Of a stretch of 64,000 bases of DNA, positions 11,310-25,679 are shown in pieces. Below the pieces are notes generated by a model. That model was not told where the DNA came from. It made no database searches and was given only the letters and a program-made list of their open reading frames with translations. The DNA comes from Octopus sinensis. Lineage: Eukaryota. The stretch's first letter is position 1; every line of letters begins with the position of its first letter. A program made the position numbers and the translations under genes. The stretch spans positions 44,268,001 through 44,332,000 of the forward strand of contig NC_043004.1 of NCBI RefSeq assembly GCF_006345805.1. The letters are read 5' to 3'.

Positions 11310-12800
11310 TGTCTTGCCCTTGTTGTAGGGATAGTAAACAAGGGATCATTTAAAAATAATTTTCAGTTCCCTTCTTGAACATTCCAAGTACTCCTATAAT
11401 TATTGGTGCCGTAACTGCCATGAGATGCTACCAGTTTATTTTTTCTTATTTTAATGAGCAAATTATAATATTCCTTGAGCTTGTCAAATTCTGTTGCTGC
11501 AATATTATGATCACAAGGAATGCTCACCTCACTCAAAACAAACTATGTTTTGAACTTTTACAATAATACCCGCCTTATTTGCTTTAATGATTCAATCTTT
11601 ACGTACAGGGAAGTCCTAAAGAATCGCTCCATTTTCTCCCTCAGTTAAGCCGAATAGTCATGCTCATACCTATTTCTTTATTACCCACAAGGGGCTAAAC
11701 ATAGAGGGGACAAACAAGGACAGACATAGGTATTAAGTCGAATACATCGACCCCAGTGCGTAACTGGTACTTAATTTATCGACCCCGAAAGGATAAAAGG
11801 CAAAGTCGACCTCACCGGAATTTGAACTCACTACGTAACGGCAGACGAAATACCGCTAAGCATTTCGCCCAGCGTGCTAACGTTTCCACCAGTTCGTCGC
11901 CTTCGAACCATACCACTTGTCAAAAGTTTTGATTTTATGATACCGATATATTAACCAGTGTAGATATTGGTCAACTTCGTCATGTTGATTTATAGTCTAC
12001 TGGTGCTAAATATTAAAGCTCTGCCGTCTCAATTTTCTCAATGCAGAATCAGCATTTTGTATCTACTCCATTCTTAATCATATTGGCTTGGTAGTTCCGG
12101 GTTAATAAGTTTTGATCTTCAACAGATAAGTTGAAGTCTTTGATCTCTGCCTTAGACCTAAGCTAGGTAGTCACTGATGGGTGTGCTTCTAGTAAAAAAG
12201 CATCTTGTTTGATACAGGCCATATATTTGCCATGCTGAGGCATCAGCAACAAACTTTTTATTTCACTTTCCCTGTCCCTCAATCTGGACATATTTGACTT
12301 GATTTCGCGCTGTTTAGTACACATGAGATGTTTATTAACCCTGTATATCTTTGTTCCTGTTTTTGATACCTATATTTAGACGAGTCACATATCTTCCTTT
12401 TCGTTAGTTTATAGAATTCTTTTTAAGACGTGTATAATTGAATTTTTGTTGTGCACCGTTTGGCAAATTTTTGTGCCATTTCTTGCACATTTGCCAGTTC
12501 ACATATATAGGACCTGAGAAGGACCGGACTGCCTAAGATAATATGGTCAGCTTTTCATTGCACTTGCTACGTAGTTTGTACTTGATGCTAATACATTTTA
12601 CTATATAATCATCTTAGTTCTGGCTTTATGGTGGTTAGTATCAGACATTCCCTTTCTGTAATTATAACAGAGCTTTCAACAATTGTTGGCTTTCACTTAA
12701 GTTTATTACCTCTCTGTCGAGCTTTGCAGGATATTGGCCGTGGGTTTGTTCTTTTTCTTCAGTTTTTCGTTAACATAGTTTATAAATTCATTTTGATTTT
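11310..12800 (-). mobile_element. R4/Dong-type RLE non-LTR retrotransposon fragment (subfamily C), split by a SINE
   Basis: Reverse strand reads DQNLLTRNYQANMIKNGVDTKC*FC..DQYLHWLI..SIPCDHNIAATEFDKLKEY, colinear with ORF 31609-32478. Confidence 0.8.
11669..11901 (-). mobile_element. SINE S1, full single unit with tail A
   Basis: Complete reverse-complement match to the 45075 unit. Confidence 0.9.
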
Positions 12801-13690
12801 TATATTTGCTTATTTTACAACCTTTTACGTTATGCTGTTCTCCTCTGACTGCATTATTTCAATGTAGTTGTTGCCTCGCTTGTTCTTACTCATGTCTTTA
12901 TTTATGGAGAATAGAAAGAACTGTTTTCCTTATTGTAATTTTCAGTTTCCCTTTACTTGCTTCCATTTTTCTATCTTACTTGTGTTATTTTATGATAGTT
13001 CGCTATTTGTATAATACCCAGCACAACTTGTGTGAGAGGTAGGTCAATTCTATGTATATTAGCTTTGGTATTGTATCTTCGCAACGCTGTCAGCAGTTTC
13101 CGATTTGTTTTTCTTTCTATCTAAGCTTTCCAATTCACTAAATTTCCATTTTATTATGCTGAAGGTGTAATGCATAACAAGAATGTCTAGAGTATTTATA
13201 CCTACTATCTTATTTATAACACTCAAACCAGATTTTTGAAAAGTATTATCCTGGCCGTTCTGTTGTACACTTCCTTCATCTTTTCCTCATATGTGTGTTT
13301 TCCTCATATTGTCTTCTTTGTCATGGTTTTCTATGTAATTCAATTTTACATACTCGAGCGGCTATAATATTCATAATGCATAAATGTCATTTTTTTCGAT
13401 ATTATATCAGAATAAGGGCATCATATTTCAGGAGATAGCCGAAACGATTCGTGGGACACACATAAATTTAGGAAGGATCTCAGAAAATATAAATGAGGAG
13501 GAGAATGCTTAAAATTATTCAAAATATGACGACGTGAATTTATTACATAATTCTAAAGCAGATGTGGTATATTTTCACTCAGCTTACTCTACTGGTACTT
13601 TTATAGCATTTTATAGACAATTTTCTTAAAATGTTTTGCAGAGATTTTGCTAGACGAACACAAATATATAACTATATCAACGACGATAAA

Positions 13691-13986
13691 CGTCGCCATT
13701 TTCAAGCCTAGCCAGGCTTATGGGCCCGGTTTCCCGGTTTCTGTGGCGTATGTGTTTCACTCAGCTGGACGGGACGCCAGTCCATCGCAGCGTTACTCAA
13801 GAAACAGTAAGAGAGAATGAGAGAAAGTTGTGGCGAAAGAGTACAACAGGGTTGCCGCCACGCCCTGCTGGAGCCTTGTGGAGCTTTTAAGTGTTTTCAC
13901 TCAATAAACACACACAACGCTCGGTCTGGTAATCGAAACCGCGATCCTCCAACAGCGAATTCGCTGCTGCTGCCTTAACCACTGGG

Positions 13987-13990
<4 letters not shown>
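13691..13990 (-). mobile_element. SINE family S3 (tRNA-like head), tail type 1
   Basis: Reverse strand CCCAGTGGTTAAGGCAGC..GGTTTCGATTACC A/B boxes; body shared with 24225-24526; may correspond to the published octopus OR1/OR2 SINEs (unverified). Confidence 0.8.
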
Positions 13991-14023
<33 letters not shown>

Positions 14024-14353
14024 TATTCATATATATATGTACATATATATATATACATATATATATATATATCACTGACTCGGCTCTTTCTTTTTCTTTG
14101 AATGTAGTAAACAGTATGACCGAACCTTTGAGAATAAACGAATGCAGTAGAAATGGTAACCGGACTGTTCAGCACAATCCACGCCAATTCTACGCCGTTG
14201 TCTTTCGGCACACCATACATAAATTTTATAAATGTGTACAAATACACACACATATATATATATATATATATACATATACATACATACATGCATACACAAA
14301 CGCACACATATATATGCATATACGTATATGCATATATACATACATATACATAT

Positions 14354-14385
<32 letters not shown>

Positions 14386-14470
14386 ATATATATATATATA
14401 TATAATACATACATACATATACATACATACACATACATATATGTAAGTATGTATCTATGCATGTATATCA
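13990..14470. repeat. TA/CA-rich microsatellite field with a short unique insert
   Basis: Direct reading. Confidence 0.9.
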
Positions 14471-15349
14471 TAAGTGAAGCTATAACTGTTGTTATTATCC
14501 CTGCCACTATGCTCACTGGGTTATTGTCTAGAACTTCAGTTGATGACAACTGGACCTGTATAAACATCTACTGCATAACAGAATTTACCTACCCCGTAGG
14601 TATATAAACAAGTTCGTGCTCTGTATAGTTGTTGACAACTCATTTGCACATTATAAACACCAAAAGTGGAATCGATTTCTTCGGAGAGCGTAGTTTTAGT
14701 CTAGAGACCACTGACTTATTGACCCTGCACAACTTCCCTGAAACACTCTGCTCAACGAATGATTAAGCCAATATAAAATGTATTTTGTCTTACGCTGTCT
14801 GTTCTAGATTACATTATTTCTATTACATTGTCCATTATATGCTATTTATTTTCTAAATTATTATTCTTTTTATTTTCAAGTAGTTGTCTCTTTCTCATGA
14901 ACAAAACTTACATACCCAATACATGCGGCAACTCAGTAATTCATTTATTTAAAGGTAGCATTTCTCTCTACTGTACTCCGAATATTTCATTTGACGAACT
15001 ACACTCGCAGATCTGTGTATTGCTACACCTTTCTGAGCGTGTACACATTTTCAATTTTCGGATGAAACAGGAGCAAATCGTACTTATAAATTAATTGTTA
15101 TGCCTATGCAGTATGACAAGCGAGCTACATTGTATGTGAATACATACATGCATACATACATACATACACACAAACACACACACAGATACATATTTATATA
15201 CATATCACTTTCTCTTACTCCTCCTCCTCCTCCTCCCTCTACTACTGTCTTTCTGACCTTCAAGTGTGGACGGCTTTCTCTGTCTCTCTAGCCGTTTTCA
15301 AAGCATTCAAAATATTTTTCTTTCGTTCGGGCTTAACACCCCTCCATGT

Positions 15350-15765
15350 TCGTGCTACTGTTATTCTCCTTGTACTATCTTTTACTGTTTATATTTTGTA
15401 CTGTCTTTACTGTCCTATTTTTGTTACCACTTTTACCCCTCCGCAAAAAATCTCAAATTTTATTTAATTTGCTTTTGCAGGAAGGATTGTTTCATGAAGT
15501 CGTGTCTCGCCTTTACCTTCGAAATGAGGAGTAGATGAAACAGACGCGGCTGAAGAAGAGGAATGTTCCTTGTATTGTATGTCTTGTACTCTATTTTTTC
15601 GTTGTTTAAGAAAAATGTCAATTTCCTTGATTTTGTGTTTATGTTTTCGTTTCTCATTGTGTTCGATATTTTTTGGTGTCCAGTACCCATATATGCATGT
15701 ATATATACATATAGATGTAGGTACGTACATATATGTATGTATATATGCATATGTTTTATTTATTA
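15350..15765 (+). mobile_element. Interspersed repeat P2 (Penelope-like terminal repeat candidate)
   Basis: Aligns in reverse to 40503-40872 over about 370 bp; degenerate hammerhead-like segment near 15488-15542. Confidence 0.65.
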
Positions 15766-15817
15766 ATTTGTTATTATATGACGGAACGCACGCATCCATT
15801 TCTAAGTAAAGAGAAAT

Positions 15818-15863
<46 letters not shown>

Positions 15864-15947
15864 TATAGATAGATAAACAGACAGATAACGTGTATGTAGG
15901 TTTGCATACCTACATATATCTGTATGTAGGTATTCACGGGGCGGCGA

Positions 15948-16140
15948 AATGCTTAGCCGTATTACGTTTGCCGTTACGTTCTGAGTTCAAATTCAGCCGA
16001 GGTCGACTTTGCCTTTCATCCTTTCGGAGTCGATTAAACAAGTACCAGTTACGCACTGGTGTTGATGTGATCGACTTAATCCCGTTCTCTGTCCTTATCT
16101 GTCCCCACTATGTTTAGCTGCCTGTGGGCATAACGAAATA
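15948..16140 (+). mobile_element. SINE S1, 5'-truncated
   Basis: GGCGAAATGCTTAGCCGTATT..GAGTTCAAATT..GTCGACTTTGCCTTTCATCC. Confidence 0.85.
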
Positions 16141-16695
16141 TGTAGGTATGTCGAAATAATTATGTAGGGAGTTAGCAGCACCTATTATGCTAAGTTAAAT
16201 TAACTCTAAAGCCATTAAAAGCACTAATTTAATGACTGACAAAGGGTTGTACGTCCCTAGCATACAAAGCCGTATCACGATATCAAATCTTGCTGTAGGA
16301 CATCTTAATACTCATCAGTAGCTTTTAATGTCTAGGGTTAAACTCAACTTACTCTGTTAACCATAATATAAGACAAACTGTTTAAATCGTATGCTGATTT
16401 TCTAAACGATGTAATAACTTCAGAGTTATTTTAACTCTTATCTCAGCACAATCGGTGCTGACCAGCACCATCCGTCCCTTTCGTGGCGTTTGTTAATATT
16501 GCCTTTACGATCTAACTGCCAATAATCCAACCTTTTGATTAGTTATATATATACGGGAAGCCATGGGTAACTGGTCTTCTTTTATATTTCTGATTTCATG
16601 TATCCACATTGTTTATTTTTGATTTTGTCCACTACACAGAATTCTAGTGTTATTTAGGCACATTCTTTGAGAAAAACAGCACCATTACGCAATTC

Positions 16696-17160
16696 ACTCT
16701 ACCAGAAATTTGGAAACGGCATGCTGTACTGGTTGGCATTGGCGCCGGAGGGTCCAAAACGAACATTTCGGAATCTGTCGGAGTCAATCTAAGGACTGTG
16801 CAATCTGAGTACATGTACCGAAAGAAATAAAAATCAAACAACCAGTCAACATCATGGTGTTTAGAGTGATCACCAGTGATGGCGATGTTAAACCGCCATT
16901 CGTTTTCCCACATGGCCTCAAACTCAACACGGAGCCCTACATCAAGTACTTGGCAGAGGTAGTACTTCTCTGGGTCAAGAGGGCGGCTGCTGAAACGACC
17001 TATATCTGACAACAGGACTCTGCACCATGCCACAGAAGCCAGTCAAGGCTGTCGAACAATTTCTGCGATATCATAACCCCTAACATCTGGCCACCTAACT
17101 TCAGACTGTAACCCCCTTGCTCATTACGTGTGGGGTGCAGTTGAGCGTGAGACCAAGTTG
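16696..17160 (+). mobile_element. Internally deleted Tc1/mariner transposase remnant, maT (DD37D)-like
   Basis: EIWKRHAVLVGI..VGVNLRTVQ joined to IMVFRVITSDG..QQDSAPCH..IWPPN / DCNPLAHYVWGAVERET; TIRs not found. Confidence 0.75.
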
Positions 17161-18352
17161 CACCGATAATTAACACCAAAATGCACTGGCTCGCAGCAGA
17201 AACGTGCGTAGGTCTTAACAAAGAAGAATATGATTAACTGTAGAAAAAAAACTTGGACGTACATATCTCTGTTGTCCTGATCTTAATTTCATTATATGTG
17301 TGCGTGTGTGTGTGTTTATGTGTGTGATTGTGTGTGTTTGACAGAGAGAGAGATAGAGAGAGAGAGAGCATATATCTATCTGCATGCACGATCATGTATA
17401 CTTGCGTTTACTTGAATATGGATCGATCAATCCACCAATCTGTAAAACGAGATTCTTCGCTGAGAGGAGCCTTCTTATACAAATTCTTCCTGAACCAGTA
17501 TTACAAACATTTAGACATAAAAGAAGTATAAAGATAAAAAGAAAGAAAGAAAATACATATTAATTGCTGCTTATAAGAAGAGAAGCTACATTTGCTCAGC
17601 TCTGAATAAATTGTACATAGGACTGTAAGCGACAAATTAAGGCAACATATAGGCAAAGTATAAAAAAAAAATTGAAGAATATAAAATGAATACAACATAT
17701 ATAAATATATATGCAGCAAAAGGAGGGGAGAGAGAAAGGAAAAAAAATACGCCTTCTCTCTAAAAGATTTGACTTCCGTTCTGCAACTTCCGTTTCCGAC
17801 AGTAAAGAATTAATACAATACATTGCGTCTTCTTTTATCCTTTTACTCTCCCTTACCAGTTCTTTGTATCTATTTGTCTCTTTCTCTCCTTCCTCCTCTT
17901 TCTCCCCCTCTCTTCCTCTCCTTGTCTCTTTCTTTTAATTCCATTTTCTTTGTGTTTTCTGCCATCATTCTACTTTGCTGCACTTCTCATTGTCGCATTA
18001 TATTCATATGCGGATGTGTGTCGACGTGTGTAAGCGTATTTGTGAGTGTGAGTGTGCGTGTCTGTGTGTGTGAGTGTGTGTGTATGTATGTCTGTTTAGT
18101 GAGAGTGGTAACAGGCGGTAATATGTGTGTGCGTGTTCACGTATAAGTGTGTGTATGTGTGTGTGTGCCTGTGTGTGTGTATGTGTCTGTATGTCTGTGT
18201 GTTTGTATATGCGTATCTGTTTAAGCGCTTATGTGCACTGCTGCATTTGTGCATATATGGATTTGAGCATGTTGCAACATATTTGACTAATTGTGCACAA
18301 TTACACTAGCATGTTAGAATATTCCATATGTATATATGTACATATGTATATA

Positions 18353-18391
<39 letters not shown>

Positions 18392-18784
18392 ATATATATA
18401 TACATATACATATTATATATATATATACATATATATACACATATATATACATATATATACAAATATATTGTAAAGATGTGTATATGTATATAAAACTATA
18501 TATACATATATATGGTTATATATATATATTCATGTATATACACATGTATTATATATATCTATATATATATATATATATTATATATATATATATATATATA
18601 ATGCCTTAGTGTTCGCACGTTTATACATATATCTATAAATATGTGTGTATATAGACACATACACGCGCATACACACGTATACCCACGTGAAATATTTGCA
18701 CGTACATATTCTTATACATATATGCATATATTCACATGTATACGCTAGAATATATGCATTAATCAGTTGTGGTGATGGTGGTAG

Positions 18785-18807
18785 TGACTGTAGTAGTAGT
18801 AGTAGTC

Positions 18808-18850
<43 letters not shown>

Positions 18851-18871
18851 CAGCAGTAGTAGTAGTAGTTA

Positions 18872-18910
<39 letters not shown>

Positions 18911-18911
18911 C

Positions 18912-18952
<41 letters not shown>

Positions 18953-18960
18953 AAGCAGCA
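18785..18960. repeat. (AGT)n microsatellite
   Basis: Direct reading. Confidence 0.95.
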
Positions 18961-19379
18961 GCAGCAGTTGCAACAGCAGGAAGTTGTTTTATTCAGTTTC
19001 TTCCTTTGAAATGTTTATCTCCCTTGCGTTGTCTGCGCATGTACCTCTTAATCTTATTCTCCTAAACGTAACACATTTTTCTTCTCTCACTCCCTCTTTC
19101 TCTCCCTCTCCCTCTCTCTCTTTTCACGAATTCGTGCAATAAACACTGATACGTTTGTTAAATCTCACTTCCTTTCCCTTTCTTCTTTCTCTCTTTCTTC
19201 GTCTCCCAGCCTATGCTTTCTTCATCCTTTCAACTCCGTCTCCCTGTCTTTGTTTCATTCCTTTTTTTTCTCTCTCTATATAGCATTGATTTATTATATT
19301 TATCTATAAGTGATTTGTTTATTGCAGCAATCTTTATTTTGGGGGATTATATATTTACTTCCACACTCCTTTTCCATCA

Positions 19380-19412
19380 CCCTCACCATCATCATCGTCA
19401 CCATCATCATCG

Positions 19413-19462
<50 letters not shown>
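19380..19462. repeat. (CAT)n microsatellite
   Basis: Direct reading. Confidence 0.95.
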
Positions 19463-19463
<1 letters not shown>

Positions 19464-19619
19464 CCCTACAATTTCTACCTGCCATTACATCAATCCGTAC
19501 CGTTAATATTTTTGTTGTCTTTCATCTCAGAGTCCATCATTGACTTACCTAACATGTACTTCATTCTTTTGCTGAAAACCATTCTTTAACTCTTCAATCT
19601 TTCTCTCTTTCTCATATAC

Positions 19620-21433
<1,814 letters not shown>

Positions 21434-21585
21434 GTCAAAATAAGGGTGAAAAAATTGGATACTAATTAATAACCTCAATTTAAACACAACGTGGCCTAGC
21501 GTATAAAAGACTGGGATTCAGTAAATATTATTAATACAAAACTATGAGAGAGCGTCCACATAGTGGATTCTCTCTCATAGTTTTG

Positions 21586-21625
<40 letters not shown>

Positions 21626-22499
21626 TGTGTGTGCGTGTGTGTGTGTGCGTACGTGTGTGTGTGTTGATGTGTGTCTGTGTGCGTTTGCTTATGTATATCT
21701 TTGTATACCGTCTTTCGTCTCTTAGCCATCCCTCTCATTCCCTATTTAACAATGCCTCTCACACAACATTTTTCTCTCTTCTATTCTGACTTTTCTGTCT
21801 CTGGTCTTAATTATTTTGCTGTATCTTTATTCTTCTTGTACCATTCTGCAACCTCGCACTACAGTTGCTTTGCCTTCTATTTTCGTTTGTAGTAATTCAT
21901 TCCTCTGCACTCTTTCTTATCATGCCATACCCCCTTTGCCTTACTACCTCTCTCTCTTTTTCTCACACTCTGTTTCTTTCTCTCTTTCTTTCTTTCTTTC
22001 TTTCTCTCTCTCTTTCCTTCTCCACCCCCCTCATTAAACACATATACTTTACACATATAATACGTACACACAGATATACCTGGAACATCATCAATTTCAC
22101 TGGCCTCAAATACACTTCTAGGAGGTACAGCTCCGACTATTTGCCCAGAGGAACAGCCAAAGTCATGCTCAGACCTACTCCACCTAGCTCACCTCCATTC
22201 CTTTGCACCAGCGTAATGCGTAGGCGTTAAGAAATGAAATGGTCGATGGAGAAATCGCAATATGGTTAGACGATATCCACTGCGATTCACCAATTCAGCT
22301 TGAGAATGGGTACCTTATTTAGTTAAGAAGAGCTTTCTAGGTCACACCGACTTGTTCGACCCGCGACTATCCGATTATGGATCTCCTGAACAGCAACTGA
22401 CCTGAGGTAACACAGTGTAAATGACTTTCAACTATCTCCTACTCTTATTTCCTTCTGCATTCTTTTTATTCCGTTGTTTCTTCTAATTCCTTCTCTGTC

Positions 22500-22730
22500 C
22501 TATCTATTTCTTTATTACCCACAAGGGGCTAAATTTAGAGGAGACAAACAAGGACAGACAAACGGATTAAGTCGATTACATAGACCCAATGCGAAACTGG
22601 TACTTTATTTATCGACCCAGAGAGGATGAAAGGCAAAGTCGACCTCGCCGAAATTTGAACTCAGAACGTAACGACAGACGAAATACCGCTAAGCATTTCG
22701 CCCGGCGTGCTAACGTTTCTGCCAGCTCAC
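22500..22730 (-). mobile_element. SINE S1, full single unit with tail A
   Basis: Complete reverse-complement match to S1. Confidence 0.9.
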
Positions 22731-22987
22731 AGCCTTTCTGTCTCTGTCCTGCCATCCTCTCTCTTTTGATCTTCTTACTCACTAATATCCTTTTCATCGA
22801 TTACAAAACAATCCATTTTTTTATGCTGATTCCAAAAATGAAATTATTTTTGATGCATCATCAACAGTTAAAAAAATATGTCGTCTTTCAATATTATTAT
22901 GTATTCGGTATCGTTATAATGTTCCGCTACTAAATGTATGTCTAATTTTCTCTTTCAGACCAATTACTAAGTTCTGCTACTTTCAGG

Positions 22988-23831
22988 ATGGCTTCTAGAG
23001 TATGTAAAAATTCTCCAGATACATTTTGTTATGTGTGTGGTTATTATATTGGAAAAAGCAGGTATTACATAAGATGTTTGTGGTGATTTCATGATGCTTG
23101 CATTCTTGCTTGGCTTGCGAGTGGGATACACAAAGTATTCATGTTCCCTTTGGTTATGGGAGAGAAGAGCTGATGATGATCATTACAAGAGAGTATATCG
23201 GCCCCCACGAGTGGAACTGCAGCCAGGAATGTTAAATGTTCTCAAACAGCCACTAGTAGGTTCCAACAATATCTTATTACCCCCACTTCATATCAAACTC
23301 GGATTGGTAAAACAGTTTGTGAAGGCCTTAGATTTTTGAGGAGAAGCTTTTCAAGAAATTTGTCTTATGTTTCCAAAGATATCTGAGGTTAAGATCAAGG
23401 GTGGCATATTTGTTGGGCTCTCTAGTAAATGCAATGTTAAAGTCGAAGAGACTGGAAAGAGCGATGACAAACGTTGAAAAAGAAGCTTGTGTGCATTTCG
23501 TGTTGCAGTTCGTGGAATCCTAGGAAATCATAAGGAACCTAATTACAAGCAGCTGGTAGCAAAGCTTATTGAAAACTTCAAGAAAATGGGTTGTCGTATG
23601 TCCTCAAAGGTTCAATTTTTTGCACTCTCACCTAGATGTTTCCCCGAAAATATGGGTGATGTCAGTGAGAAGCATGGTGAGAGATTTCATCAAGATATCG
23701 CAACTATGGAAAGAAGATACCAAGGATGATGCGATACTGCTATGATGGGAGATTATATATGGTCTCTAATCAGAAGAGATGAAGGTATACACTCAAGAAA
23801 ATCTCGATCGTCAAAGCACTTCCCATCTTAA
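22988..23831 (+). pseudogene. Chapaev3-like (CMC) transposase remnant with internal deletion
   Basis: MASRVCKNSPDTFCYVCG; ILLPPLHIKLGLVKQFVKAL; MGCRMSSKV..FPENMGDVSEKHGERFHQDIATMERRYQG. Confidence 0.8.
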
Positions 23832-24224
23832 GAAAAGAGTTACCAAGGAATTTACATTGCAGAGTTTTCTTGTTTCTTTTTGTTCTATTAGTATACTTCC
23901 TGAAAAACCTTTCAATATTTGAAAATGTATTAAATGTTGTGTAATTATCCTTAAACTACTAGAATAGATTGAACCAACAAAGTGTTGTAGAGAAAAGTTA
24001 CAAATATAACGAGCAAATATGAAATTTGGAATAAATAAATAACTATCGAAGTTACGTCAAAACGAATGTGATTTTTTAACTTAGTGGCAACAAATGCATA
24101 TATGAACATTAAAAATACAAATAAATAAAACATGCGTTCCATTGCGCTATTCTGTCGAAATTAAAGGCAAGATTTGGTGAAAAATTGCACCCAATGCTTT
24201 AAAACAGTCACTATATAGTATTAT

Positions 24225-24526
24225 CACCGTGATCACCGTAACCGATCAGGCTATCAGGTGTTGCTACACATCGCTGGTCACAATGCGCTTCGCATTGTTT
24301 TAGCCTTCAAATGACGCCATCCCGCGAGCAGGCCAACAGAAGAAAGAGTGAGAGAAAGTTGTGGCCAAAGAGTACAGCAGGGATCGCCACTACCCCCTGC
24401 CGGAGTCTCGTGGAGCTTTAGTTGTTTTCGCTCAATAAACACTCACAACGCCCCGTCTGGGAATCGAAACCGTGATCCTACAACCGCGAGTACGCTGTCC
24501 TATCCACTGGGCCATTGCGCCTCCAC
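24225..24526 (-). mobile_element. SINE family S3, tail type 2
   Basis: Reverse strand GTGGAGGCGCAATGGCCCAGTGG..GGTTTCGATTCCC; shares head and body with 13691-13990 but has a different 3' tail. Confidence 0.82.
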
Positions 24527-24806
24527 TATGTAGTATTATATACACGTATATTCTGAATAGGCACAATGGAATGCTGCCGATCATGAGTTTGGTCTGTCAA
24601 TTATGACAGAACTGCAACTAAGATATAATACAACTCTTCGCATTTTTAATACTCTTCTCTTTTCAATTCTTTTAACTCTTTTCAGCTATTTCCAATCTCC
24701 CTCTTTTCCCCCAATTTATGTATCTCCTTCCCTCCGTTTCCTCCTATGTCTATATAGTATTTTATCTTTCGTGTCACATTTGTTTCTGTATGTCATTCTT
24801 TGTATA

Positions 24807-25022
24807 CGAGGGAGGGCTGAAAAGTTCCCGGCTTTCGGTAAAAGAAAATATACGAGGATAAGTTAATTATGATTTTATTCAACATATTCCCCTCTCAGAT
24901 TCATACCCGTATTGCAGCGGTCCTTCAGTTTTTCTAAGGCCTGTAAAAAACACAAAAGTTTGGACCTCCAACCAGACCTTTCACGATACTATTAAAGCCA
25001 GGAACTTCTCAGCGCTCCCTTG
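24807..25022 (-). mobile_element. Mariner-derived MITE (~216 bp)
   Basis: TIR CGAGGGAGGGCTGAAAAGTTCCCGGCTTT vs AAAGCCAGGAACTTCTCAGCGCTCCCTTG; TA on the left flank; keeps C-terminal codons LEKLKDRCNTGMNLRGEYVE* on the minus strand. Confidence 0.85.
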
Positions 25023-25147
25023 CAAATTCTATTTTTTTCATTTTTCTACCTTCCCTCCTTGTCTATTGATTCTACTCGCTTATTTCTATTCTTTTCTTAA
25101 ATTTCTCTCCTTAGCTGCCTGTCTATCTCATTCTCTTTATCTCCCCC

Positions 25148-25195
<48 letters not shown>

Positions 25196-25679
25196 CCTTT
25201 CTCCATCACACATTATCTTTTAGTTGCATTCGTGATTTCTGCCTTTGTCTCTAAATTTCCATTTTCTTATATTATCGCAAATTACTTTAAAATTTACTCA
25301 ATCCTTTACTTTCCTAATAGCTTACTCTTTCGTTACTGTATATTCTTTATTATACACCTATTTTTTTTACCACCTTAATCTCTCTTATCACCTGATCTAG
25401 TTTCCCATTTCTCCTTATCTTTTATCTAGTTTTGAAGATCTCACACAGAATACTTCATTGCGACCATTGTTACAATTGTTTATTTTATCTTTGAAAATAT
25501 CTCTAAACTAATCCTCCAATGAAGTTCCTAAATGAATTCGAAACTCTAGAGAAGCGTTCTAGCATTTGTTCCAGCTCTTTACATTCTGAATTCAAATCCC
25601 ATAGAGTCCAACTTTCATAATTTCGTTGTTAATAAATTAAAGTTCCAGTCAAATAACGGAATCGATGATATTAGATATT

